NCBI GenBank assembly: GCA_003223415.1
Contig: QHUY01000015.1
Coordinates: 109,819-173,818, forward strand
Origin: Gemmatimonadota bacterium
GTDB lineage: Bacteria > Gemmatimonadota > Gemmatimonadetes > Gemmatimonadales > GWC2-71-9
Reading direction: 5' to 3'
DNA: 64,000 nucleotides
Position numbers and translations under genes: made by a program
Notes under the pieces: generated by a model
Told to the model about the DNA's origin: nothing
What the model saw: the letters and a program-made list of their open reading frames with translations, nothing else
Database searches by the model: none
Shown: positions 38,326 through 50,866 of the stretch, in pieces
Layout of the letters: every line of letters begins with the position of its first letter
Numbering within the stretch: the stretch's first letter is position 1

Positions 38326-38348
38326 GTAGGAGGTCACCCGAGACCACG

Positions 38349-39401
38349 ATGCGCATCGGTCTCGCCTACAACGAGAAACCGGATCCCAACAGCACTCTCG
38401 ACGATCCTGCGAGGACCGGCGATGCCTTCGTCGAGTGGGATGAGCCCTCCACCATCGACGCCGTGGAGCTGGCTCTCAGTCTCTTCGGCAGCGTCATCCG
38501 ATTCGAAGCCGATTCCCTGTTCCCGCAAAAGCTCGCGCTCACCCGACCGCACCTCCTCTTCAACATGGCCGAAGGACTCCACGGCCCGAATCGCGAGGCG
38601 CACGTCCCCGCGATCTGCGAGTACCTGAACGTCCCCTACACCGCGAGCGACCCGCTCACCCTGTCGCTCACGTTGCACAAGGCTCGCGCCAAGGAGATCC
38701 TCGCTTGCCGTGGCGTGCCCACGGCGCGTTTCACGCTGGTGAGCGAGCTGAGCGAGCTCGCGCGGGTGCGGCTGCGTTACCCGCTGTTCGTGAAACCGGT
38801 GGCCGAAGGATCGGGGAAGGGGATATTTGCCAATAACTTATGCCACTCCCGGGCGGAGCTGCGCGACCGCGTGGCTTTCCTGTTGGAGACCTATCGGCAG
38901 CCGGTGCTGGCCGAAGCTTATTTGCCCGGCCCCGAGTTCACCGTCGCGATCCTCGGCAACGGCCCTGAAGCCCGCTGCCTGCCGATCGTGGGGTTGGACT
39001 TCTCGACGTTGCCGCTCGGGGCGCCGCCGGTCTACGGCTACGAGGCGAAGTGGATCTGGGACACCCCCGAGCACCAGCTCGACATCTTCGAGTGCCCCGC
39101 GCGGGCCCCCGAGCCCCTGTCCAGGGAGATCGAGCGCGTCGCGCTCGCGGCCTACCACGCCCTCGGTTGCCGCGATTGGTGTCGCGTGGACGTGCGCGTC
39201 GACGACGCCGGCGTCCCCAACGTCATGGAGCTGAACCCGCTCCCCGGCATCATCCCCGACACGAAGATGAACTCCTGCTTCCCGAAGGCGGCGCGCGCGG
39301 CCGGCTTCTCCTACGACGAGCTGATCCAGGAGGTCGTCCAAATCGCGTGGCAACGAATCACGGGCCGGCCGCTGCCGGTGCGGGCGGAGGCGACCGCGTG
39401 A
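38349..39401 (+). CDS. ATP-grasp amide ligase, D-Ala-D-Ala ligase-like (copy 1)
   Basis: Start MRIGLAYNEKPD. LFVKPVAEGSGKGI, and RVDVRVDDAGVPNVMELNPLPG (ATP-grasp Mg/ATP site, E-x-N). Confidence 0.8.
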   Translation: MRIGLAYNEKPDPNSTLDDPARTGDAFVEWDEPSTIDAVELALSLFGSVIRFEADSLFPQKLALTRPHLLFNMAEGLHGPNREAHVPAICEYLNVPYTASDPLTLSLTLHKARAKEILACRGVPTARFTLVSELSELARVRLRYPLFVKPVAEGSGKGIFANNLCHSRAELRDRVAFLLETYRQPVLAEAYLPGPEFTVAILGNGPEARCLPIVGLDFSTLPLGAPPVYGYEAKWIWDTPEHQLDIFECPARAPEPLSREIERVALAAYHALGCRDWCRVDVRVDDAGVPNVMELNPLPGIIPDTKMNSCFPKAARAAGFSYDELIQEVVQIAWQRITGRPLPVRAEATA

Positions 39402-40417
39402 GGGTCGTCGTCCTGTACGACCCGGGCGCCGATGACTGGTCCGCCGCTGACATCGCCGGGGTGATGAAGGCGGTCGACGACCTCGGCGTGATCTTCGGCG
39501 CGATGGGCCACCAGGTCCAGAGGGTGCCCGTCAAGCACGACATGCGGTGGCTGCAGACGTGCCGGCGCGCCGATCTGGTCTTCAATCTGTGCGAGGGGGT
39601 GCACGGCGTCTCGCAGTGGGAGGAGCACGTGGTTGGGACGCTGGAATTTGCCGGCATCCCCCACACCGGGTCCGGGCTCTGGACGGTGGCCGCGTGCCGG
39701 CGCAAAGCGATCGCGAACGCGATCCTCGAGAAGGCCGACCTGCCGATCCCGCTCTGGATCCTCGCGCACGGCAAGATCGCCGACGACTTCCCCCTACCCG
39801 CCATCATCAAGCCGGCCGCCGAGGACGCCAGCGCCGGCCTGGACCGGCAGTCCGTCGTGGCCGACCGCAAGATGCTGCGCACGCGCATCGCCGCGATGAC
39901 CGAGCAGTTCGACGAGGTGCTGGTCCAGCAGTACGTCCCGGGTCGCGAGTTCAACGTCGGATTCGTGGGGAGCCGCACCCTGCCGATCGCCGAAATCGAC
40001 TTCACGGGGATGCCCGAGGGCACCTGGCCGATCCTCACGTATGCCGCCAAATGGCACGTCGGGTCGGCCGAGGATCTGGGAAGCCGCCCCGTCTGCCCCG
40101 CGCAGATCTCCGAGCGTCTCGCCATCCGCCTCGCGCGCACCGCCGAAGCGGCGTGGCGGGTCATGCAAGGCAAGGGCTACGGACGGGTCGACCTGCGAGT
40201 GGACGACGCGGGACGCCCGTGGGTCCTCGAGGTCAACCCGAACCCGGACTTGACGGACGAGGCCGGGCTCTCGCGCATGGCGCAGGCGGCTGGATGGGAA
40301 TACCCGGAGCTGGTGCGGCGGATCGCCGAGGTGGCGCTTCGGGACGCTCAGGGAGCCAAGGCCGCGCGTGAGCTGCTCGCTCCGCCCCGTCGCTCGCGCT
40401 CAGCGCGCACGGTTTGA
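39398..40417 (+). CDS. ATP-grasp amide ligase, D-Ala-D-Ala ligase-like (copy 2)
   Basis: GTG start overlapping the upstream stop (GTGA). MRVVVLYDPG..., AIIKPAAEDASAGL and RVDLRVDDAGRPWVLEVNPNPD. Confidence 0.8.
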   Translation: MRVVVLYDPGADDWSAADIAGVMKAVDDLGVIFGAMGHQVQRVPVKHDMRWLQTCRRADLVFNLCEGVHGVSQWEEHVVGTLEFAGIPHTGSGLWTVAACRRKAIANAILEKADLPIPLWILAHGKIADDFPLPAIIKPAAEDASAGLDRQSVVADRKMLRTRIAAMTEQFDEVLVQQYVPGREFNVGFVGSRTLPIAEIDFTGMPEGTWPILTYAAKWHVGSAEDLGSRPVCPAQISERLAIRLARTAEAAWRVMQGKGYGRVDLRVDDAGRPWVLEVNPNPDLTDEAGLSRMAQAAGWEYPELVRRIAEVALRDAQGAKAARELLAPPRRSRSARTV

Positions 40418-40874
40418 AGCGCTGACCGCGGCCACCGGCGTGTTCCAGCCGGCCGAAGCCGCGATCGCGGTGGAGGTGCTGGACGAGGCCCTCGCCGGGG
40501 ACGACGACTACCGCTTCGTCGGGGCATACGAGGGCGGCGCCGACACCCTGGTCGGATTCGCCTGCTGGGGCCCGACGCCGGCCACCGTGGGGACCTGGGA
40601 CCTGTACTGGATCGCCGTCGACCCGGCCTGGCAGGGCAAGGGCGTCGGCAGCGACCTGCTCCACGAAGTGGAGCGGCGGCTCGCGGCGGACTGCGCCCGC
40701 CTGCTGGTAGTGGAGACCTCATCCCGCGCCGAGTACGCCCCCACGCGGGGGTTCTACGAGCGGCGCGGCTTCCGGCGGGCGGCGGTGCTGCCGGAGTACT
40801 ACGCGCCGGGTGACGACCTGGTGATTTATCTCAAGGATCTGACGCATGGAGTCCTGGCAACAACTGCTTCGTAA
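40368..40874 (+). CDS. GNAT family N-acetyltransferase
   Basis: YWIAVDPAWQGKGVGSDLL (acetyl-CoA binding Q/RxxGxG/A) and FYERRGFR. Overlaps its neighbours by 50 nt and 29 nt. Confidence 0.8.
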   Translation: MSCSLRPVARAQRARFEALTAATGVFQPAEAAIAVEVLDEALAGDDDYRFVGAYEGGADTLVGFACWGPTPATVGTWDLYWIAVDPAWQGKGVGSDLLHEVERRLAADCARLLVVETSSRAEYAPTRGFYERRGFRRAAVLPEYYAPGDDLVIYLKDLTHGVLATTAS

Positions 40875-41922
40875 GCGGAGCATCGCCTCGCTCGACGCGC
40901 TGGCAGCCAAGTTCGGGCCGGAGCACTTCCCCGAGATCGAACGGCTGCGGCAAGCCGCCGAGAACTTCGAGTTCCGGATCGCGCCGGCGATGGTCGACCT
41001 GATCGAGTCCCCGGAGGACCCGATCTGGCGGCAGTACGTGCCGACGGTCCAGGAGCTGGAGGTGCATGACGGGCTGGTGGACTCCCTGGCTGAGGACGCC
41101 AACTCGCCGGTGCCCAACATCACGCACCGCTACCCCGACCGCGCGCTCTTCCTCGTTTCTCCGGTGTGCGCGTCCTACTGCCGCTTTTGCACCCGGCGGC
41201 GCAAGGTGGGCGACCCCGAGAAGATCCCGCTGTCGCAGCTCGAGTCGGCGTTCCGCTACCTCGAGGAGCACACCGAGATCCGCGACGTGATCATGTCGGG
41301 CGGGGATCCGCTGCTGCTCTCCGACCGCCGGATCGACGAGCTCTGCCGGCGGCTGCGGTCGATCAAGCACCTGGAGATCCTTCGCATCGGCAGCCGCATC
41401 CCCTGTCACCTGCCTGAGCGCATCACGCCCGAGCTGTGCGACATCCTGAAGCGGTACCACCCGCTCTACATCAACACGCACTTCAACCACCCGCGGGAGC
41501 TGACGCCCGCCGCCGTGGAGGCGCTCGGCAGGCTGGCCGACGCGGGGATCCCGCTGGGCTGCCAGACGGTGCTCCTCAAGGGTGTGAACGACGACGTGGA
41601 AGTCATGAAGGAGCTGATGCAGAAGCTGCTCGCGGCCCGGGTGCGCCCCTACTACATCTACATGTGCGACCAAGTGGCCGGGGCGGAGCACTTCCGCACC
41701 ACCGTCGAGAAAGGCCTGGAGATCATCCAGGGGCTGCGGGGCTGGACGAGCGGCCTCGCGGTGCCGCACTTCGTGATCGACGCCCCGGGCGGCGGCGGGA
41801 AGATTCCGCTGCTGCCGGAGTACGTCGAGGCGATCTCCGACGACGAAGTGGTGCTCCGTAACTACGCGGGCAAGCGGTACGTGTACAAGCAGCCGGCAGC
41901 GGAGACAGTGCTGGTCGGGTAA
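40846..41922 (+). CDS. KamA-family radical SAM aminomutase (lysine 2,3-aminomutase-like, short form)
   Basis: CASYCRFCTRR radical-SAM cluster motif, SGGDPL, and YYIYMCDQVAGAEHFRT...VIDAPGGGGKIPL. At 358 aa it lacks the long C-terminal domain of clostridial KamA. Confidence 0.85.
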   Translation: MESWQQLLRKRSIASLDALAAKFGPEHFPEIERLRQAAENFEFRIAPAMVDLIESPEDPIWRQYVPTVQELEVHDGLVDSLAEDANSPVPNITHRYPDRALFLVSPVCASYCRFCTRRRKVGDPEKIPLSQLESAFRYLEEHTEIRDVIMSGGDPLLLSDRRIDELCRRLRSIKHLEILRIGSRIPCHLPERITPELCDILKRYHPLYINTHFNHPRELTPAAVEALGRLADAGIPLGCQTVLLKGVNDDVEVMKELMQKLLAARVRPYYIYMCDQVAGAEHFRTTVEKGLEIIQGLRGWTSGLAVPHFVIDAPGGGGKIPLLPEYVEAISDDEVVLRNYAGKRYVYKQPAAETVLVG

Positions 41923-41932
41923 GACCGGGAAG

Positions 41933-41987
41933 CGAGAATCGGGAAACGGGAACCGTGGAGCGGTCGGCTCCCGTTTCCCGTTTCTCG
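41933..41987. repeat. 19-bp stem hairpin built from tandem CGGGAAA units
   Basis: cgagaatcgggaaacggga (41933-51) pairs with tcccgtttcccgtttctcg (41969-87) with one T-T mismatch and a 17 nt loop. Starts 11 nt after the KamA stop. Confidence 0.85.
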
Positions 41988-42000
41988 ATAGGTTTCTGCA

Positions 42001-42993
42001 ATGCGCGCCATGCTCCTCGACGCTCCCGGGCGCCCCCTGCGCCTGGCCGACCTCCCCCGCCCCGAGCCCGGCCCCGGCCAAGTGCTGCTGTCGGTCCGTG
42101 CCTGCGGCGTCTGCCGGACCGACCTGCACGTCGCCGACGGCGACCTCCCCAACGCGAAGCTGCCCCTCATCCTCGGCCACGAGATCGTAGGAATGGTCGC
42201 GGCCGTCGGGGCGGGGGTCGAACGGGTGCGCGAGGGCGACCGGGTCGGCGTCCCCTGGCTCGGCTGGACCTGCGGTACCTGCGGCTACTGCCGCGCGGGG
42301 CGCGAGAACCTGTGCGAGCGCGCCCGGTTCACCGGTTATCAGCTCGACGGCGGCTACGCCGAGTACGCGGTGGCGGACGCGCGCTACGTCTTCTCGTTGC
42401 CGGGTGGCTATTCCGACCTGGAGGCGGCCCCGCTGCTGTGCGCCGGGCTGATCGGGTACCGCTCGCTCGTCGCCGCGGGCGACGGCGTGCGGCTCGGCAT
42501 TTACGGATTCGGGGCGGCCGCGCACATCGTCGCGCAGGTGGCCCGGCATCAGGGGCGGCGGGTGTTCGCGTTCACGCGGCCCGGCGATGCGGCGGCCCAG
42601 CGCTTCGCCCGGGACCTGGGCGCAGAGTGGTCGGGCAGCTCAGAGGCGCCGCCGCCCGAGCCGCTGGATGCGGCGATCCTCTTCGCCCCGGTGGGCGGCC
42701 TGGTGCCGGTGGCGCTGCGGGCGGTGGCCAGGGGCGGGACCGTTGTCTGCGCCGGGATCCACATGAGCGAGATCCCGGCGTTTCCCTACGAGATTCTCTG
42801 GGGCGAGCGGGTAGTGCGGTCGGTGGCGAACCTCACCAGGCGGGACGGTGAGGAGTTCCTGAAACTCGCTCCGGCCGTGCCGGTCCGGTCCACGGTCGAG
42901 CCGTTCCCGCTGGCCCGAGCGAACGAGGCGCTGGCGCGACTGCGCGAGGGCAAGCTTCGGGGAGCGGCAGTCCTGGCCCTGGCAGCGCCTTGA
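42001..42993 (+). CDS. zinc-dependent alcohol dehydrogenase (MDR family)
   Basis: ACGVCRTDLHVADGDLP, GHEIVG and the structural zinc motif CGTCGYCRAGRENLC. Confidence 0.85.
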   Translation: MRAMLLDAPGRPLRLADLPRPEPGPGQVLLSVRACGVCRTDLHVADGDLPNAKLPLILGHEIVGMVAAVGAGVERVREGDRVGVPWLGWTCGTCGYCRAGRENLCERARFTGYQLDGGYAEYAVADARYVFSLPGGYSDLEAAPLLCAGLIGYRSLVAAGDGVRLGIYGFGAAAHIVAQVARHQGRRVFAFTRPGDAAAQRFARDLGAEWSGSSEAPPPEPLDAAILFAPVGGLVPVALRAVARGGTVVCAGIHMSEIPAFPYEILWGERVVRSVANLTRRDGEEFLKLAPAVPVRSTVEPFPLARANEALARLREGKLRGAAVLALAAP

Positions 42994-43043
42994 CGAATTC
43001 AATCTGGATTGTATTTTTATGAAGCCGGACGCATAGAAATACA
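42990..43043 (+). promoter_or_regulatory. candidate gltB promoter overlapped by a 12-bp inverted repeat
   Basis: TTGACG (42990-95), 16 nt spacer, TATTTT (43012-17). tgtatttttatg (43010-21) and catagaaataca (43032-43) are reverse complements with 1 mismatch and a 10 nt spacer. Confidence 0.35.
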
Positions 43044-43110
43044 CAACCAGTTGAGAAGGGGGACGCGGGCATGCCAGCGCACTGCTACCATGCCAAGCTG
43101 CAACTGAATA

Positions 43111-47715
<4,605 letters not shown>

Positions 47716-47776
47716 GTGGGTGGCCCACGCCGCCGTCGCATTCCACACTGGGTGAATCGGTTGTAGAGTTCTGCGC

Positions 47777-48700
47777 ATGGCCAGCGCAGCTCCAGCGCCC
47801 ACGAAGTTCACCGTCGCCCTCGTGCAGATGAGCATGGTGGCCGACCCGCGCGCCAACCTCGACAAGGCCGCGCGGCGCGTGAAGGAGGCCGCCGCCGGCG
47901 GGGCGACCCTCGTCTGCCTCCCCGAACTGTTCCGCACGCTCTACATCGGCCAGCGCGAGGATCACGCGCTATTCGACCTGGCGGAAACCGTGCCGGGACC
48001 GACCACCGACGCCCTGGGGGCCGTGGCACGCCAGTTGGGGGTGGTGATCGTCGCGCCGTTATTCGAGCGCCGCGCCCCAGGCCTCTACCACAACACCGCG
48101 GCGGTGATCGACGCGAGCGGGCAGGTCGCCGGCATCTACCGCAAGATGCACATCCCGGACGACCCGGCGTACTACGAGAAGTTCTACTTCACCCCCGGCG
48201 ACCTCGGGTTCAAGGCCTTCGACACAGCCGTGGGCCGCGTCGGCACGCTCGTGTGCTGGGATCAGTGGTACCCGGAGGCGGCGCGCCTCACCGCGCTCCA
48301 GGGGGCAAGCATCCTCTGCTACCCGACGGCGATCGGCTGGCATCCGGCGGAGAAGGCGCAGTACGGGCCACAGCAGCTCGACGCGTGGCGCACCATCCAG
48401 CGCAGCCACGCGATCGCCAATGGCTGCTACGTGGCCGCGGTGAATCGCGTAGGATGGGAGCGGCTGGACGGCCAGGGAGCGGGGCGGGGAGCGGTAGCCG
48501 GCCTCGAGTTCTGGGGAAGCTCATTTGTCGCCGATCCGTTCGGCGTCGTCGTCGCGCAGGCGCCGCCCGACAAGGAAGCACTGCTCCTGGCGGAGATCGA
48601 TCCCGGCCGCATCGAGGACGTGCGTCGCAACTGGCCATTCCTGCGCGACCGCCGGGTGGACGCCTACGGCGGGATCGAGCGCCGCTTTCTCACCGACTAG
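47777..48700 (+). CDS. aguB: N-carbamoylputrescine amidase (nitrilase superfamily)
   Basis: LPELF, the catalytic LVCWDQWYPE and HIPDDPAYYEKFYFTPG. Adjacent to agmatine deiminase. Confidence 0.85.
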   Translation: MASAAPAPTKFTVALVQMSMVADPRANLDKAARRVKEAAAGGATLVCLPELFRTLYIGQREDHALFDLAETVPGPTTDALGAVARQLGVVIVAPLFERRAPGLYHNTAAVIDASGQVAGIYRKMHIPDDPAYYEKFYFTPGDLGFKAFDTAVGRVGTLVCWDQWYPEAARLTALQGASILCYPTAIGWHPAEKAQYGPQQLDAWRTIQRSHAIANGCYVAAVNRVGWERLDGQGAGRGAVAGLEFWGSSFVADPFGVVVAQAPPDKEALLLAEIDPGRIEDVRRNWPFLRDRRVDAYGGIERRFLTD

Positions 48701-48804
48701 TGCCGTTCCAACTATACGCGCCGAGTGCCGTGACGCTCTTGCATAGGACATTGCGACTTGACGAGCGATCTATTCCTAGTCCCGTCAAGTTGGAACGGCA
48801 CTAG
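48697..48804. repeat. 108-bp element with perfect 17-bp terminal inverted repeats and a lower-GC core (MITE-like or structured intercistronic RNA)
   Basis: ctagtgccgttccaact (48697-713) is the exact reverse complement of agttggaacggcactag (48788-804). Inner 8-bp inverted repeat acttgacg/cgtcaagt (48756-63 / 48783-90). Confidence 0.8.
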
Positions 48805-48810
48805 CTGGCG

Positions 48811-49881
48811 GTGACCCTCACGCCCGCCGCCCTCGGCTTCCGCATGCCGGCCGAGTGGGAGACTCACGAGGCCACCTGGGTAGCGTGGCCCCACAACGCC
48901 GGCGACTGGCCCGGCAAGCTCGCCCCCATCCCCTGGGTGTACGGAGAAATCGTCCGGAAGCTGACGGTCGACGGGCGAGAGGGCGTACGCGTGCTGGTCA
49001 ATTCAGCCGCTCACGAGCGGGCGGCGCGGCGCGTACTCGAGAAGGTCGGCGCCGAGCTCGGGCAGGTACACTTCCTGCGCTTTCCCACAGATCGCGGTTG
49101 GACGCGCGATTACGGCCCGCTGTTCATCAAGCGGAGCGGTCCGCCGGCCGAGGCGGCGATCGCCCGGTTCCACTTCAATGCCTGGGCCAAGTACCGCGAC
49201 TGGAAGAAGGACGACCGGATTCCCGAGCTCGCGGCCCGGCGGCTCAAGCTGCGGCTGTTCGAGCCCAAACGGCGAGGCAGAACGGTGATGCTCGAGGGCG
49301 GCAGCATCGACGTGAACGGCCGCGGAACCCTGCTCACCACCGAGGAGTGTCTGCTCGATCAGGCGGTCCAAGCCCGCAATCCCGGAATGAGCCGGACCGA
49401 CCTGGAGGGCGTCCTGCGCGACTATCTGGGCATCACCAACATGCTCTGGCTGGGCGGGGGCATCGCCGGTGACGACACCCATGGCCACGTGGACGACGTG
49501 TGCCGCTTCGTGGGGCCGGAGACGGTCGTGCTGTGTGAGGAGCCGAACCCGCGCGACGCCAACCACCGGCCGCTTGCCGAGAACCGCGAGCGGTTGCAGG
49601 GGATGCGGGCGGAAGACGGGTCGAACCTCGACGTGATCGCCTTACCGATGCCGGCGCCGCTCGTCTTCGACGGACAGCGGCTGCCCGCGAGCTACGCGAA
49701 TTTCTACGTCGCCAACGCGGCTGTGCTCGTCCCGACGTTCAACGATCCCAACGACCGGGTCGCGGTCGGCATTCTGTCGGAGGTCTTTGCCGACCGCCCC
49801 GTGGTCGGGATCCACGCTGTCGACCTCGTCTGGGGGCTCGGCACCATCCATTGCCTCACCCAGCAGGAGCCGGCGCGTTGA
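48811..49881 (+). CDS. aguA: agmatine deiminase
   Basis: MPAEWETHEATWVAWPH, GGSIDVNG.GTLLTTEECLL, DDTHGHVDD and a C-terminal IHCLTQQ (catalytic Cys). Confidence 0.85.
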   Translation: MTLTPAALGFRMPAEWETHEATWVAWPHNAGDWPGKLAPIPWVYGEIVRKLTVDGREGVRVLVNSAAHERAARRVLEKVGAELGQVHFLRFPTDRGWTRDYGPLFIKRSGPPAEAAIARFHFNAWAKYRDWKKDDRIPELAARRLKLRLFEPKRRGRTVMLEGGSIDVNGRGTLLTTEECLLDQAVQARNPGMSRTDLEGVLRDYLGITNMLWLGGGIAGDDTHGHVDDVCRFVGPETVVLCEEPNPRDANHRPLAENRERLQGMRAEDGSNLDVIALPMPAPLVFDGQRLPASYANFYVANAAVLVPTFNDPNDRVAVGILSEVFADRPVVGIHAVDLVWGLGTIHCLTQQEPAR

Positions 49882-49897
49882 CCGGTGGGCAGCCGGG

Positions 49898-50866
49898 TTA
49901 CGGCAATTGCCAGATTTCGACTCGGTTGCCGGTGAAGACCGGGATCAGGAGGCGGTTGCGCTTCGCGTCGTAGCCGATGTCCGCCGGACTCGGCACGCCG
50001 GTGATCAACTTCACTTCCTGGCCGGTCTCGTAGCTCGACACGGTCGAGTCATTCCAGCTCGAGACCAAGATCTTGCCGCCGACGATCTCGACGCCGTCGA
50101 ACCCGCCCGGCCCCCGCGCGATCACGCTCGGCGCCTTGTCGCCCGGCTTCCAGGCGAGCACCGCCTTGCCGCCGAACTCCACGACGATGAATCGCTTGCC
50201 CGCGACGTCCAGCGTGATGCCATTCGGCCGGCCGAGCGTATCACCCCGGGCGGCGACCGTCACGGCCATGTCGGGACCGACGCGAAAGATCCGATCGGGC
50301 CCGGGATGCAGCACGTTGCCCACGTCGTCGAACTTGATGCCGGTGTCGGTGATGTACAGCGCGCCGTTCTGGGCGACCGCGATGTCGTTCAGGAACACCG
50401 CCCCCAGGCCGCTCAGGTCCGCCAGGGCGACCGGGGCCCCCGTCTTCGCGTTGAAGGCGCGCACGGCGTCGATGTCGGCCAGCCACAGCGTGTCGCCGCG
50501 CAGGGCCATCCCCTTCGGGGCGTTGAGCGTCACCCCGTTGCGCCCGCCCTCGATGAACTTGAGGTTCTCGACCGCCCCGTCAGGTCGCACGCGGCTGATG
50601 AAGCCGTTGTTGTCCTTCGCCGTCGGGCTGCCGTTGATGTTCGAGACGAAGTAAATGTCTTGCGCTGAGTCGTAGAGCACCGATTCCGGCGTGAGGAACC
50701 CTGCCACCACGGCCACCTTGGTGGCAGCCGGCGGCGGCGGGGTTGCGGGAAGTGGGGCGGCGGAGGCCGGGGGGAGGGGGCTCTGGGAAGCGGGGGGAGC
50801 CTTGTCCACCGGCTTGCAGGCCGCGCCGCAGACCGCGAGGGCGGTGCAGAGGATCGTCGTTCTCAT
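49898..50866 (-). CDS. lipoprotein, six-bladed beta-propeller (SMP-30/gluconolactonase/NHL-like)
   Basis: Lipobox LAVCGAAC, a Pro/Ala linker and propeller-like repeats (YFVSN, LWLADI, LYITD, ILVSS). Confidence 0.55.
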   Translation of the reverse strand: MRTTILCTALAVCGAACKPVDKAPPASQSPLPPASAAPLPATPPPPAATKVAVVAGFLTPESVLYDSAQDIYFVSNINGSPTAKDNNGFISRVRPDGAVENLKFIEGGRNGVTLNAPKGMALRGDTLWLADIDAVRAFNAKTGAPVALADLSGLGAVFLNDIAVAQNGALYITDTGIKFDDVGNVLHPGPDRIFRVGPDMAVTVAARGDTLGRPNGITLDVAGKRFIVVEFGGKAVLAWKPGDKAPSVIARGPGGFDGVEIVGGKILVSSWNDSTVSSYETGQEVKLITGVPSPADIGYDAKRNRLLIPVFTGNRVEIWQLP

